This document shows, in pieces, positions 1-11,148 of a DNA stretch of 64,000 bases (the stretch's first letter is position 1; each line of letters starts with the position of its first letter). The notes beneath the pieces were generated by a model. The model worked only from the letters and a program-made list of their open reading frames with translations. It did not search any database and was not told the origin of the DNA. The DNA lies in the NCBI GenBank assembly GCA_049860595.1, contig CP187551.1; one strand, given 5' to 3'. The position numbers and the translations under genes were made by a program. Origin of the DNA: Methanocaldococcus sp. 16A. GTDB lineage: Archaea; AGJL01; Methanococci; Methanococcales; Methanocaldococcaceae.

Positions 1-41
1 TCCTTTTGCACAAAACTATGGTTATTTATGCGAAAGTCCTA
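1..41. repeat. Right end of palindromic ~93-bp repeat (truncated by window start)
   Basis: TGCGAAAGTCCTA at 29-41 matches the terminal inverted repeat of the full copies (e.g. 55836-55928). Confidence 0.7.
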
Positions 42-83
42 TTCAAATAAAATCAATGTGATAACAGGATTAACAATACATCT

Positions 84-1163
84 TTATTTCAATCTCTGAG
101 AAATCCATTCTTTTAAAGTTCCTTTAACTACATAAGGTGTTTTTTTAAGCTCTTCAATATTCTCAGCTCCAACTAAAAACATTGTCATCTTTAATTCTTT
201 TATGTAATTTTCTAAAACTTTAACAATTTCTTCCCATCCCTTTAAAGATGCTTTCAATATAGGTAGAGCAACAGCACAACAATCACAGCCAATTGCTATA
301 CACTTAGCTATATCTAAGCCTCCTCTTATGCCCCCAGAACCAATAACTATGCCATCATACACACTTTTTACTTCAAATATTGATGCAGCTGTAGGAATTC
401 CCCAATTAGTAAATTTTTTTACTAAATTTTTAATGTTTTCATCTTTAACTCTATAGGTCTCAACCTTTGCCCATGAAGTGCCTCCGCTTCCTTGGATGTC
501 AATTGCATCAAAGCCAATATTTTTTAAAATTAACGCATCTTCTTTTGAAAATCCTTCTCCAACCTGTTTAGCAATAAATGGAATATTTTTATAGCCTTTT
601 TTGTAATTTGAAATAACTTCTTTAAGTTTATAGAGATTTTTAAAGTTTAAATCACCTTCTGGCTGTATAACTTCTTGTAATGGGTTGAAATGAATGGCAA
701 TAGCATCGGCATCTATCATCTCAACAGCTTTGTCAATTATCTCTTCATCCCAATCATCAACTATAAAGTTAACTGCTCCTAAGTTACCTATAATTAAATT
801 GTTTGTATAATCTCTAACAACGCTATATGTTTCTATCAAATCTTCATTAACAATAGCTGCCCTTTGAGAACCTACGCCCATCCCTAAGCCAAGTTCTTCA
901 ACTGCCTTAGCGATATTTTTATTTATTTCCTTTGCCTTGCTATGCCCTCCAGTCATACCAGAAACAATAATTGGGGCAGATAAATGTTTTCCAAATAATT
1001 CTATTTCTGTATCTATGTCATCAAAATTAATCCCACAGATTCCTTTATGTATTAGCTCAATATCCTCTAATAAGGTTGTTTTTTCATATTCAACATCGCA
1101 GTAACTACATAAAAATATATGTTCTAATTTTCTAACTTCAATCTCATTTCCATTATTAACCAT
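84..1163 (-). CDS. fni: Type 2 isopentenyl-diphosphate delta-isomerase (FMN-dependent)
   Basis: RKLEHI, MTGG, GVGSQRAA, HFNPLQE and GGTSW motifs; 359 aa. Confidence 0.95.
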   Translation of the reverse strand: MVNNGNEIEVRKLEHIFLCSYCDVEYEKTTLLEDIELIHKGICGINFDDIDTEIELFGKHLSAPIIVSGMTGGHSKAKEINKNIAKAVEELGLGMGVGSQRAAIVNEDLIETYSVVRDYTNNLIIGNLGAVNFIVDDWDEEIIDKAVEMIDADAIAIHFNPLQEVIQPEGDLNFKNLYKLKEVISNYKKGYKNIPFIAKQVGEGFSKEDALILKNIGFDAIDIQGSGGTSWAKVETYRVKDENIKNLVKKFTNWGIPTAASIFEVKSVYDGIVIGSGGIRGGLDIAKCIAIGCDCCAVALPILKASLKGWEEIVKVLENYIKELKMTMFLVGAENIEELKKTPYVVKGTLKEWISQRLK

Positions 1164-1252
1164 AATTTCACCAAATTACTATATAAATATTTGCTCCTCT
1201 CTGTGAAAATTTTTAATTACAAATTGAAAATAAACATTTAAAAAAGTTAGTA

Positions 1253-1290
1253 TAGGACTTCTGCAGTATATATATTTAGTAATGAAAATT
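1253..1290. repeat. Partial copy (left end) of palindromic repeat
   Basis: TAGGACTTCTGCAGTATATATATTTAGTAATGAAAAT closely matches the left part of the 6710-6800 copy. Confidence 0.65.
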
Positions 1291-1362
1291 GCTATTAAAA
1301 ATCTAAAAAAAAGATATAAAATAAAAAAATACAAATAAAAAAATTGAATTTAATCTAATGAT

Positions 1363-2250
1363 TTATTCTATTCCTAATTTCTTTAAAACTGGGTCTACTG
1401 GGATTGCGTGAACGCTAACAGCTAACTCTTCTGGTTTCATTCCAAATGCTAAACCTAACAACTGGCTTAAGTGTAAAACTGGCAACTTGTATTCTTCACC
1501 AAACTTCTCCTTAATTTCGATTTGTCCTCTATCAAACTGTAAGTGACAGAATGGACAGACATTAACTATACAGTCAGCATTAACCTCCAACATATTTCTT
1601 ATTTTTTCTCTTGTCATGTCTAATGCTGTTTGTAAGAATCTTGCTCTAACCCCTCCTCCAGCTCCACAGCACATTAAGTAATCTTTATACTTAACTGGCT
1701 TAGCTCCTGTTGCAGCAACAATATCCTCTAATAATGTTGGTCTTTCTGGACTGTCAAGATGCTTAACATCACTTGGTTTTAAGAAGTGGCATCCGTAGTG
1801 AATAGCGACATTTAAATTGTTTAATGGTTTAACAACCTTTTCTTTAATCTTTTCAGTACCAATCTCTTTATAGATTAATTCAGCAAAGTGTAAAACCTTG
1901 ACAGTTCCCTTGTATTGCTTACCAATCTTGTCTAATTTTTCATTTACAAAGTCTAATGCCTCTTTATTTTCATGTAATATATGAGCTGCCTCAAACAAAG
2001 AACCATAACATCCATTACATACGGTTACAATATCTAACCCCATCTCTTCAGCAATGCATAAGTTCCTTGCTGCTAAAGTTAGCCATGTTTTTTGGTCGAA
2101 TGAACCAAAAACTCCAGGAGCTGGACAACATGATGCTCCAGGCATGTATTCTAACTCAACTCCTAACTCTTCCATAACCTTTTTTGTGGCCAACTCAACT
2201 CCAGGGTATCTGTGTGGCATGATACATCCTAAGAAGAATGCATATTTCAT
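1363..2250 (-). CDS. hdrB: CoB-CoM heterodisulfide reductase subunit B
   Basis: Two CCG domains (FLGC..CCPAPG..CNGC; HYGCH..CCGAGGG..CPFC). Confidence 0.95.
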   Translation of the reverse strand: MKYAFFLGCIMPHRYPGVELATKKVMEELGVELEYMPGASCCPAPGVFGSFDQKTWLTLAARNLCIAEEMGLDIVTVCNGCYGSLFEAAHILHENKEALDFVNEKLDKIGKQYKGTVKVLHFAELIYKEIGTEKIKEKVVKPLNNLNVAIHYGCHFLKPSDVKHLDSPERPTLLEDIVAATGAKPVKYKDYLMCCGAGGGVRARFLQTALDMTREKIRNMLEVNADCIVNVCPFCHLQFDRGQIEIKEKFGEEYKLPVLHLSQLLGLAFGMKPEELAVSVHAIPVDPVLKKLGIE

Positions 2251-2281
2251 CTTATCACCAAATTTTATTATTTTATTTATT

Positions 2282-2842
2282 TTATTCCTTTAAGTCCATT
2301 TTTTCCCAGTCAAATCCAATCAATTCATCAAACTCTAACTCTTTAATTAATGTTCTAACTTCTTCCAAGTCTTTTTCACTGAATTGAGCTGTTGGTGACT
2401 TTGCAGGTAATCCAAGTTTTCCTCTCAATTCAACAATCTCTTTGTTTGCAGGAACTGCATGTCCAAATCTTAAAACATAAGAAGCAGTTTTTCTATGTGC
2501 TAAAGCCATGTTTCCTTTTTGAGCTGCAATATTTCTTAATGTTTTTATTATCTCTGTTATTTTAACATCTCTTGGACATCTTTCGTAGCATGTATAACAG
2601 GTTGTGCAATACCAAATATCATCAGAATCTAAGACATCATCCAAACCTAATAAAACCTTTCTTAAAACTTTTCTTGTTCTGTAAGCTGTTCTTCTTCCAC
2701 TTGGGCAGCTACCAGTGCAAGTCCCACATTGGTAACATGCTTTAATTGATTTTACAACATCTTCTCCTAAAACCAACTTTCCTGCTTCAATAACTTCATT
2801 TACAAAGTTTTTATTTACTTCATCCAACTTTATTACTGCCAT
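2282..2842 (-). CDS. hdrC: CoB-CoM heterodisulfide reductase subunit C
   Basis: [12 protein letters not shown] and [12 protein letters not shown] 4Fe-4S motifs; directly upstream of hdrB. Confidence 0.95.
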   Translation of the reverse strand: MAVIKLDEVNKNFVNEVIEAGKLVLGEDVVKSIKACYQCGTCTGSCPSGRRTAYRTRKVLRKVLLGLDDVLDSDDIWYCTTCYTCYERCPRDVKITEIIKTLRNIAAQKGNMALAHRKTASYVLRFGHAVPANKEIVELRGKLGLPAKSPTAQFSEKDLEEVRTLIKELEFDELIGFDWEKMDLKE

Positions 2843-2965
2843 AGTATCACCTCACATTATGGTTTGGAATGATTATATATATAGTTAGAAACTTCGAATG
2901 TTAGTATTAGACACTTGTAAAATACCTTACTATAAATAAACTTTTAAAATTAAAAGAGAAATAAA

Positions 2966-3041
2966 TAGGACTTTCGCAGGAATAAATTTTTAAAGGCATC
3001 TTAATTCCAAAATAGTAAATATATGAAGTGCGAAAATCCTA
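2966..3041. repeat. Palindromic MITE-like repeat, internally shortened (76 bp)
   Basis: TAGGACTTTCGCA...TGCGAAAATCCTA; inverted repeat extends to 2962-3045. Confidence 0.85.
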
Positions 3042-3101
3042 TTTAAAAACATGAAGATTAATTTTATTTAAATTATTTTTAATAAAATTAAAGGGGATTG
3101 G

Positions 3102-4421
3102 ATGAGAATCACAATTTACAGTCCAGATGTTTATACCTATGGCTCTATGCTTATTGGTGGAATCCTAAAAAATAAAGGTTATAGTGTTTATTTAGTTAGA
3201 AAAATAGATAAAACACTATTTTTAAAGTCAGATGTTGTTATATTTAGCTTATATTCAACTTTGCATATATTGGATAAAAACATTAGAGAAACAATAGATT
3301 TTATAAAAAAAGTAAGAAAAAATAAAACCAAAGTTTATATTGCTGGATGTGTTTCAGCTTATCCAGAGATTATTTTAAATGAACTAAATGTAGATGGGGT
3401 TATAGTTGGAGAGGGAGAGATAACAACACCAAAAATTATTGAAGGAGATAAGGAAGGCTTAGCTTATAGAGATGGAGATAAGATAGTAATAAATTACCCA
3501 AAAGAAAAACCTGAGCTAAATCATCCTCTCCCATTGATACCAAAGGATATAGGGCAACAATCAGTTAGGGGGGCTAATGTTTATATTGAAACGCACAGAG
3601 GATGTTTAGGAAATTGCACATTTTGTCAAGTTCCAAAGTTTTTTGGAAAGAATATTAGGAGTAGAGAGGTTGAGGATGTTGTTGAAGAAGTTAAGGCATT
3701 CAAAAGATATGGAGCAAAAAGAATAGCAATAAGTGGAGGGACTGGAAGTTTATATGCCTTCAAAAAATCAGTAAATAGAAATAAGTTTTTTGAGCTTTTG
3801 GAAAAGATATCTGAGATTGTTGGTAAAAACAATTTATCAGTTCCAGATATGAGAGTTGACTATGTTGATGAGGATATATTAGAGGCTATAAAGAATTACA
3901 CAATTGGATGGGTGTTTTATGGAATTGAAAGTGGAAGTAATAAAATTTTAAGAGATATGAAAAAAGGAACTAATAGGGAAAAAAATTTAGATGCAATAAA
4001 ATTAGCAAAGGACTGTGGAGTTAAAGTTGGAGGAAGTTTTATAGTAGCATATCCAACAGAGACAGAGATGGATTATCTATTAACTAAAGATTTCATTGTA
4101 GATGCTGAACTCGACGATATTTTTGTTTCCATTGCTGAGCCAATTCCTACAACAGAGCTGTGTAATTTAGTTTTATCTATGCCAAAGGAAGAAAATTTAC
4201 TTTATAAGGTTCATGAAGGTGAATATAAAAAACTTGGATTGAGTGAAGCAGAAGCAAGATGTTTTGATTTGTTAATTCATGCTGAAATGTGGAAATCTAT
4301 GCCGAGACCACTAACTCCTCAACTGTATAATTTATATTTAAATGAAGCAAAGATGCAGGGAAAAGATATAAGAGCTATAATTGAATTACTATTTAAGTAT
4401 AAAAACTTGTTAATTAAATAG
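3102..4421 (+). CDS. B12-binding radical SAM protein, methanogen MJ0865-like family (probable methyl-coenzyme M reductase glutamine C-methyltransferase)
   Basis: RGCLGNCTFC CxxxCxxC motif and N-terminal B12-like region (VGEGE); specific function from recalled family knowledge. Confidence 0.7.
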   Translation: MRITIYSPDVYTYGSMLIGGILKNKGYSVYLVRKIDKTLFLKSDVVIFSLYSTLHILDKNIRETIDFIKKVRKNKTKVYIAGCVSAYPEIILNELNVDGVIVGEGEITTPKIIEGDKEGLAYRDGDKIVINYPKEKPELNHPLPLIPKDIGQQSVRGANVYIETHRGCLGNCTFCQVPKFFGKNIRSREVEDVVEEVKAFKRYGAKRIAISGGTGSLYAFKKSVNRNKFFELLEKISEIVGKNNLSVPDMRVDYVDEDILEAIKNYTIGWVFYGIESGSNKILRDMKKGTNREKNLDAIKLAKDCGVKVGGSFIVAYPTETEMDYLLTKDFIVDAELDDIFVSIAEPIPTTELCNLVLSMPKEENLLYKVHEGEYKKLGLSEAEARCFDLLIHAEMWKSMPRPLTPQLYNLYLNEAKMQGKDIRAIIELLFKYKNLLIK

Positions 4422-4429
4422 GTGAAAAG

Positions 4430-4819
4430 ATGTGCATATTCTGCAAAATAGTTAATGGCGAGATTCCAGCAAAGGTTGTTTATGAAGATGATAATGTCTT
4501 AGCTTTCTTAGATATAAATCCAAGAAATAAAGGGCATACTTTAGTTATTCCAAAAAAGCATTATGAAAGATTTGATGAAATGCCTGATGATGAGCTTTGC
4601 AATTTTATGAAAGGAGTTAAGAAGACAGTTGAGGTATTAAAAAAATTAGGTTTTGATGGATACAACATAGTTAATAACAATGGAAAAGCTGCTGGGCAGG
4701 AGGTTAATCATGTTCATTTCCACATTATCCCAAGATATGAAGGAGATGGAGATGTAGTTAAATTTGGTGAAATTAAAAAAGTTGATTTAGATGAAGTTTT
4801 AAAAGAGATTAAATATTGA
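4430..4819 (+). CDS. HIT family nucleotide hydrolase
   Basis: CIFCKI N-terminus, HVHFHII histidine triad, GGTGA RBS. Confidence 0.95.
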   Translation: MCIFCKIVNGEIPAKVVYEDDNVLAFLDINPRNKGHTLVIPKKHYERFDEMPDDELCNFMKGVKKTVEVLKKLGFDGYNIVNNNGKAAGQEVNHVHFHIIPRYEGDGDVVKFGEIKKVDLDEVLKEIKY

Positions 4820-4880
4820 AGCCAAAGGCTTCAAAGTACCTTAATAGATTTTTAAAATGCATTCAACCTGTTATACCTTT

Positions 4881-4905
4881 AAAAATTTATTCATGCGAAA
4901 GCCTA
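4881..4905. repeat. Degenerate right end of palindromic repeat
   Basis: AAAAATTTATTCATGCGAAAGCCTA, directly next to the stop codon of the convergent methylthiotransferase gene. Confidence 0.6.
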
Positions 4906-6168
4906 TTAGGGAATAAGCTCTCCTCTCAAACCAAATGTCTTAGCATCAGTGATTTTTACTTTTCTAAACTCTCCAATATCTCCTCCTTCAAACTTAACTA
5001 CTTTGAAATTGTCAGTATAACCTTTTCCTCCATTTAAAACTAAAACTCTCATAGTTTTTCCAATGTACTTTTTATTGTTTAAATAGCTCAATTCTCTTCT
5101 CAATTTATCCAACATTTCACTTCTTCTTTTCCTAATTTTTGTGTCTATTTGCTTCATTTTTGCAGCTTCTGTTCCTCTCCTTTGGGAATACTTAGCCCCA
5201 TGGATATAATCTGGCTTTAATTCTTTTAAGATTTCTAATGTATTTTGAAACTGCTCTTCTGTTTCTCCAGGGAATCCAACAATTATATCTGTTGTAAAGC
5301 AAAGATTTTTAACTTTTCTTCTAAATTCATTAACAATTTCTTTAAATTCATCTACTGTATATCCTCTCTTCATTTTATTTAGAATTTCATCATCTCCACT
5401 TTGTAAAGGGAGATGTAAAAATTTTCCAACTTTCTCATTTTGATAGGCTTCTATAAGCTCATCCAATATTGGCTGGACATTTTTTGCATGCATCATTCCA
5501 ACTCTCATTATAAATTCTCCGTCTATTTGGGATAAATCATTCAACAAATTAGCTAAGTTATCTCCAATATCAAAACCATAACATGCAGTGTCTTGGGCGG
5601 TTATAAATAAGCATTTAACTCCTTTACTTATCAACTCTTTGGCTTTATTAACGATTTTTTCCCTTGGATAGGATATTAAATGTCCTCTCGCTATTTTTAC
5701 AATACAATAAGAACAATCCCCTAAACAGCCCTCGCATATTGGTAGTGGTGTAATTAAAGAAGGTTTTAAGTAATCTAACTTTCTATAGAGTGTTTTATTA
5801 ATTTCTTCTTCAGCATATGTTGTTCTTTTATTCTTTTCAATATAATCTCTCAATATTTCTCCAGCTCTATGGGATTCTCTTGGATATATGTGTAAAAATC
5901 CATTAACCTTATTCTTTAAAGCTTTTGGTAAACATCCTGCAACTACAACGTCTTTTCCTAAATTTTTAATCTCATTTATTCTGTAAATCATTCTATTTTC
6001 AGTTTCTAATCTAACGACACATGTGTTTATTATTACAATATCAGCCTCATCTAAGCTATTAACTAATTCAAAACCATATTCTTTTAAAGAATTCTTTATA
6101 ATTTCAGTGTCCGCAGTATTTAATACGCAACCATAACCTTCAACATAAACCCTCATATCTATCACCAC
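4906..6168 (-). CDS. tRNA t6A37 methylthiotransferase (MiaB-like, archaeal e-MtaB type)
   Basis: UPF0004 N-terminus (YGCVLN..NTCVV..AGC), EGCLGDCSYC radical SAM motif, C-terminal TRAM-like region. Confidence 0.85.
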   Translation of the reverse strand: MVIDMRVYVEGYGCVLNTADTEIIKNSLKEYGFELVNSLDEADIVIINTCVVRLETENRMIYRINEIKNLGKDVVVAGCLPKALKNKVNGFLHIYPRESHRAGEILRDYIEKNKRTTYAEEEINKTLYRKLDYLKPSLITPLPICEGCLGDCSYCIVKIARGHLISYPREKIVNKAKELISKGVKCLFITAQDTACYGFDIGDNLANLLNDLSQIDGEFIMRVGMMHAKNVQPILDELIEAYQNEKVGKFLHLPLQSGDDEILNKMKRGYTVDEFKEIVNEFRRKVKNLCFTTDIIVGFPGETEEQFQNTLEILKELKPDYIHGAKYSQRRGTEAAKMKQIDTKIRKRRSEMLDKLRRELSYLNNKKYIGKTMRVLVLNGGKGYTDNFKVVKFEGGDIGEFRKVKITDAKTFGLRGELIP

Positions 6169-6278
6169 AATATAAATTGTATAATCATATATTTAAATGT
6201 TTAGGTTATATATTATTTATAATCATATCTAAGCTTTAGAAAAATAAAATAGCATATTGCATAATTAAGTTTATAAGT

Positions 6279-6662
6279 TTATTCAATCAACTCAGAAAAT
6301 AGCTTTATAATATCTTTTGAGCTTAAAACACCAACAATTTTGTCTTCACATGGTGATTTAACATATAAGTGATGTATTCCTTTCTCAGCCATAATCTCAA
6401 TAGCTTTCTCCAATGGAGCTTCGGGGCTAACTGTTATAGGATTTACTGTCATTATTTCTTCTGCTGTTTTATTTAGTTCATGATAATGTTTTAATATATC
6501 TGTGTCAGTTATAATTCCCCAAAATCTTTCTCCATCAGAAACTACAACAGATGATATGTCATATTTTGCCATTGTTTTAATAACATCGCATAACTTTGTA
6601 TCTAAGGTTACTTCAACAATACCTTTTTTCATCACATCTCTAACCAAATATTTTGATATCAT
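6279..6662 (-). CDS. CBS domain pair protein
   Basis: VRDVM..ISSVVV..GIITDTD and [19 protein letters not shown]. Confidence 0.9.
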   Translation of the reverse strand: MISKYLVRDVMKKGIVEVTLDTKLCDVIKTMAKYDISSVVVSDGERFWGIITDTDILKHYHELNKTAEEIMTVNPITVSPEAPLEKAIEIMAEKGIHHLYVKSPCEDKIVGVLSSKDIIKLFSELIE

Positions 6663-6709
6663 ATTTACACCCCCATAATTATACTTATTTCTTGAGGTTT
6701 TTATTCTTT

Positions 6710-6800
6710 TAGGACTTTCGCAGTATATATATTGAGTAATGAAAATATGATGTCAAAGGCATCAAAATGCCTTTCAGTATTTATACCTGTGAAAGTCCTA
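6710..6800. repeat. Full palindromic MITE-like repeat (91 bp)
   Basis: TAGGACTTTCGCAG...GATGTCAAAGGCATC...CTGTGAAAGTCCTA. Confidence 0.9.
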
Positions 6801-6946
6801 TTTAATTACAATAATAAAAATTTTTATATAGTTAAATATAAAAGTTTATCTATGACAAGTTTCATATATTCCTTTAGCAATATCATTTATTATCATTCAA
6901 TTTATCCATATATTAACAATCATAAATTCATGCTCATGGTGATATA

Positions 6947-7909
6947 ATGGATGATTTAACTCAACTACCTGGTGTAGGTCCTTCAACAGCAGAGAAGTTA
7001 AAAGAAGCTGGTTACACTGACTTTATGAAAATTGCTACTGCAACAATTGGTGAATTAACAGAAATAGATGGAATTAGTGAAAAAGCCGCCGCAAAAATTA
7101 TAGAAGCCGCGAGAGAACTATGTAATTTAGGATTTAAAAGTGGTAGTGAAATTTTAACTCAAAGAAAAAATATATGGAAACTCTCAACTGGAAGTAAAAA
7201 CTTAGATGAAATTTTAGGAGGAGGTTTGGAAAGTCAGTCAGTTACAGAATTTGCAGGGATGTTTGGTTCTGGTAAAACCCAGATAGCTCATCAAGCATGT
7301 GTTAATTTACAATGTCCAGAGAGAATAATTGCTGATGATGCTATAAAGGAAGAGATTTTAAATGAACCAAAGGCAGTTTATATTGACACAGAAGGGACAT
7401 TCAGACCAGAAAGAATTATCCAAATGGCAGAAACATTAGGTTTAGATGGAAAAGAAGTTTTAAACAATATTTTGGTTGCAAGAGCTTATAACTCAGATAT
7501 GCAGATGCTTTATGCAGAAAACGTTGAGAACTTGATAAGAGAAGGGCATAACATAAAGTTAATTATAGTAGATTCATTAACATCAACATTTAGAACTGAA
7601 TATGTAGGGAGAGGAAAATTAGCAGAGAGGCAGCAGAAATTAGGTAGACATATGGCTACACTCAATAAATTAGCTGATTTATACAACTGTGTTGTTATAG
7701 TAACAAACCAGGTAGCTGCAAGACCAGACGCCTTATTTGGAGCTTCAGAACAGGCAATAGGTGGACATATAGTTGGACATGCTGCAACATTTAGGATATT
7801 CTTAAGAAAGGCAAAAGGAGATAAAAGAGTAGCTAAGTTATATGACTCTCCACACTTACCAGATGCTGAAGCAATGTTTAGAATAACAGAGAAAGGGATT
7901 CATGATTAA
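6947..7909 (+). CDS. radA: DNA repair and recombination protein RadA
   Basis: N-terminal HhH (LPGVGP), Walker [31 protein letters not shown]; no intein. Confidence 0.97.
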   Translation: MDDLTQLPGVGPSTAEKLKEAGYTDFMKIATATIGELTEIDGISEKAAAKIIEAARELCNLGFKSGSEILTQRKNIWKLSTGSKNLDEILGGGLESQSVTEFAGMFGSGKTQIAHQACVNLQCPERIIADDAIKEEILNEPKAVYIDTEGTFRPERIIQMAETLGLDGKEVLNNILVARAYNSDMQMLYAENVENLIREGHNIKLIIVDSLTSTFRTEYVGRGKLAERQQKLGRHMATLNKLADLYNCVVIVTNQVAARPDALFGASEQAIGGHIVGHAATFRIFLRKAKGDKRVAKLYDSPHLPDAEAMFRITEKGIHD

Positions 7910-8001
7910 TTAAATTTTTTCTTTTTTATTTTTTATATAAAATAATCTAAAAATCTAAATTTAAAAATAAAAAATAAAATAAAAATATAAAAAAATTTAA
8001 T

Positions 8002-9864
8002 TTAGGCAGATTCTTTTTTCATTAATTCCATAACCTCCTCTAAGAACGTTTCTTGTCCTACTCTTTTCATAACTGCAGCTAATCTTTCTCTCTGTGGTTT
8101 CTTAGCGTATTTGTCATAAACAACCAATACTTTATCTATTAAGTTAAGTATTTCATCAACACTGTTCATCTTCATGCTGATTCCTTCAACAACTTCTCTT
8201 CCTGTTTTACCTCCAACATAGACCATAAATCCTTCTTCTTTAACGATTCTTGCCTCATTAGGACATGCTTTTATACATTTTCCGCATCCAACACAGATAT
8301 TGTAGTTAGTATAGGAAGTTTCTCCTCTTATATAAATTGCTTCAACTTTACAAACCTCAAAGCATCTTCCACAACCGTTACATTTTTCCTCATCAACATC
8401 AGGGAATTTAACTCCTGCTATACCAATATCATGTACTTGTGGTCTTACACACTTGTTTGGACATCCACTAATTGCAATTTTGAATTTGTATGGGGCTGGT
8501 CTTTCTTTGAATTTATCTTCAATGATTTTACAGAGTTCTGTTGTATCTATTAAACCACTACCACAGTTTCCAGCTCCAGGACATGCCAATGTGGCTCTAA
8601 CTAATGGTCCTTCTGAACCAGTTATTAATCCTTTTTCATTTAACTCTAAGACGATATCTTCAACATCAAATCCACTAATGCCGTGGAGTTCATAAGCACC
8701 TCTATCAGTTATCTTTATCTTAGCATTGTATTTTTCAGCAATATCTAAGATTTCTTTTATTTCTTCAACAGTGTACCATCCAGCAGGCTTTGCTCTAATT
8801 CTTATGAAGTAAGTTCCGTCTGCTCTCTTTCCGACTCCACCATAATCAGCTGTCCAGTAGAATGAAATGAATTCATTATTTTCCTTTCTTCTCTCAACTT
8901 CTTTCTTAAATCTCTTTAATTTCATCTGTCTTAACTTCTCAATTGCTTCTAAATTAACCCCTTCTTTTAATTCAACAGCATTTTTAATCTCTTCCCCTTT
9001 CTCAGTTCTTATTATGACTGTTGAATAACCATCAGGACTTCCAACACATCCAACTGAAACATCAGCCATGCTTGCATCAAAATCTCTACACATTTTACAT
9101 CCTGGGCAGATTTCAAACTCTTTTAAGTCAATTTCTTTCTTTTCTCCATTTATATAAACAAGTAATTTTCCTTTCTTAATATCAAACTTCTCAACTTTCT
9201 CAATGTCTATTCCATGCTTTGCTAAAACTTCTTTCATGTTGTCATATCTAAATTTCTCAGTACAGAATAATCCTATGAGATATTCAATTTTTGGTAATTT
9301 AGCTGGTTTTCCATTCTTTCCGAGTTCTCCATCGTGCTTTGCTAAGTATGGGAAGTATTGTAGTTTTCTTAAACCATTAATTTGGCATGGTAATCCAACG
9401 ACTGCAACTTTCTCTAATCCCATTTCTCCAGCTTTTCTTAATGCATCTAAAGTTGAGACAGCATATTTTGATTTTGCAGTTTTTAATAAATCCTCTGCAT
9501 TTTGGACAACTAATGAAACTGGTTTCCAGCACTCATCTCCAACAACAATAGCTCCATCAATTTTTCCATTTTCTAATAAGTATTTTAGGAATGCTGTTAC
9601 AACTCCACCATCTTGTCCTTCAATATCACTTTTTCCATAGTAATATTCTTCCTTAAACTTCTCTCTGATTTTTATTTGGTATTTTCCTGATGAAACTCTT
9701 GGACAAACATCATAACACATTCCATGACCTTTTCTTAAACACTCATCTATTAACTTTGGTCTCTCATCAAAAGTTAATATACTATTAGGACATACTATAG
9801 TACAGGTACCACATCTTGCACATATCCCACTATCGACTATTTGGTTTAACTTCCACTCATACAT
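8002..9864 (-). CDS. fsr: Coenzyme F420-dependent sulfite reductase
   Basis: N-terminal FrhB/FqoF-like domain (QDGGVVT, VGLPCQ) fused to a siroheme sulfite-reductase domain (ACPGAGNC, SGCPNKC) plus ferredoxin motifs; 620 aa. Confidence 0.93.
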   Translation of the reverse strand: MYEWKLNQIVDSGICARCGTCTIVCPNSILTFDERPKLIDECLRKGHGMCYDVCPRVSSGKYQIKIREKFKEEYYYGKSDIEGQDGGVVTAFLKYLLENGKIDGAIVVGDECWKPVSLVVQNAEDLLKTAKSKYAVSTLDALRKAGEMGLEKVAVVGLPCQINGLRKLQYFPYLAKHDGELGKNGKPAKLPKIEYLIGLFCTEKFRYDNMKEVLAKHGIDIEKVEKFDIKKGKLLVYINGEKKEIDLKEFEICPGCKMCRDFDASMADVSVGCVGSPDGYSTVIIRTEKGEEIKNAVELKEGVNLEAIEKLRQMKLKRFKKEVERRKENNEFISFYWTADYGGVGKRADGTYFIRIRAKPAGWYTVEEIKEILDIAEKYNAKIKITDRGAYELHGISGFDVEDIVLELNEKGLITGSEGPLVRATLACPGAGNCGSGLIDTTELCKIIEDKFKERPAPYKFKIAISGCPNKCVRPQVHDIGIAGVKFPDVDEEKCNGCGRCFEVCKVEAIYIRGETSYTNYNICVGCGKCIKACPNEARIVKEEGFMVYVGGKTGREVVEGISMKMNSVDEILNLIDKVLVVYDKYAKKPQRERLAAVMKRVGQETFLEEVMELMKKESA

Positions 9865-9881
9865 TTTTTCACCAGTAAATA

Positions 9882-9965
9882 TGTGATTATATTATTCACA
9901 CTTTAGTTTATGTAACTTAGCTATATATAAAGCTTACTAATGTGTGCATGAATTACGCACACATT
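9882..9965 (-). promoter_or_regulatory. fsr promoter: TATA box flanked by two TGTG-N11-CACA palindromes
   Basis: Minus-strand TTTATATA at 9931-9924; palindromes at 9882-9900 and 9943-9961, the latter inside a 9-bp perfect inverted repeat at 9939-9965. Confidence 0.6.
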
Positions 9966-10093
9966 GATTTATCTCAAAAAATAATAATATATATTTACAT
10001 TTTACACTATAAAAAGATGTTGATTTTTTAATGATAGTTTTAGCAAACATTTTTATAATTTTTTTAAAAATTTTCTTATTTCTTTTTTAAAAC

Positions 10094-10115
10094 ATTTATT
10101 CCTGCAAAAGTTCTA
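10094..10115. repeat. Degenerate right end of palindromic repeat
   Basis: ATTTATTCCTGCAAAAGTTCTA versus ATTTATTCCTGCAAAAGTCCTA at 60006-60027. Confidence 0.6.
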
Positions 10116-10155
10116 ATATATATTATAATATGCATAGTAGTATTATACATAATGG

Positions 10156-11109
10156 GTGATTATTGTGGATTATATTGCTTTGTTAGTAGAGAGCTTTATA
10201 ATCTCAGCATATTACTCAATAAAAATATCTATTATTGTTTTAATTACAGTTTTTATTGTAAATTACATTATGAACACTGGAATTATGAAAAAATTTAGTG
10301 AGAAGTTATCTCCAATTTTAAAAAGATTAAAGATAAATCCTATATCAATTTCATCAATTTTGGCGTGCTTTTTTAGCCCAACTGTTGGATATTCAATTTT
10401 AGCTGAAGGTTTAAAAGAGAGTAAGATAAATGAAAAAGAGATTATAGGGACATCTTTAGCAAATTCTTTCCCTTCTGTCTTGTCACATACATTCACATTT
10501 TTTATTCCAATTGTTGTACCAATCTTAGGTTGGACAGGGGTTTTGTTTGTTTTAATAAGATTAGGAGTTGCTTTAATAAAGACAATAATTGGATTTTTAT
10601 ATTTGTCAATTATATCAAAAAATTATTCTTTTGAAATGCCAAATATAAATAAAATGGATAAAAAAGAGAATGTAAAGAAATCATTTAAAAGCACTCTTAG
10701 ATTTGCTAAAAGGTTGATACCAACAATGTTCTTTATGATGACTTTAGTTGTCTATCTTTCCAAAGTAGGATTTTTTGACTATGTTGAGAAATTTGTTCAA
10801 CCAATAACCAACTTATTAAAATTAAACCCTAATGTAGGAATTTTAGCATTGACAGAGATTATGAATGTTCAAGCAGCGATAGTTATGGCTGGAGGATTTT
10901 TAAATGAGGGAATCTTAAATTCAAAAGAAGTTTTGATTGGATTAATTATTGGAAATGTTTTAACTTTTTCAAGTAGATATGCTAAACATTCTTTACCATT
11001 ACATGTCTCTCTGTTTGGAGCTAAGTTGGGGACTAAAATAGTTATGGTTAATGCGGCTATTACTTTAATGTTAGATATCTTTATAATAGTTGCATTACTA
11101 TTAATTTGA
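10156..11109 (+). CDS. Multi-pass membrane protein, nucleoside recognition/Gate-domain-like
   Basis: Many hydrophobic helices with an internal two-half organisation; 317 aa. Confidence 0.6.
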   Translation: MIIVDYIALLVESFIISAYYSIKISIIVLITVFIVNYIMNTGIMKKFSEKLSPILKRLKINPISISSILACFFSPTVGYSILAEGLKESKINEKEIIGTSLANSFPSVLSHTFTFFIPIVVPILGWTGVLFVLIRLGVALIKTIIGFLYLSIISKNYSFEMPNINKMDKKENVKKSFKSTLRFAKRLIPTMFFMMTLVVYLSKVGFFDYVEKFVQPITNLLKLNPNVGILALTEIMNVQAAIVMAGGFLNEGILNSKEVLIGLIIGNVLTFSSRYAKHSLPLHVSLFGAKLGTKIVMVNAAITLMLDIFIIVALLLI

Positions 11110-11148
11110 CTATTAATCTCAATAATTATTAATATCAGGTGAATTTTT

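Noticed and set aside
6732-6947. 71-aa ORF upstream of radA
   Set aside because: Starts inside a repeat element and runs through AT-rich promoter DNA; no RBS or protein-like features.
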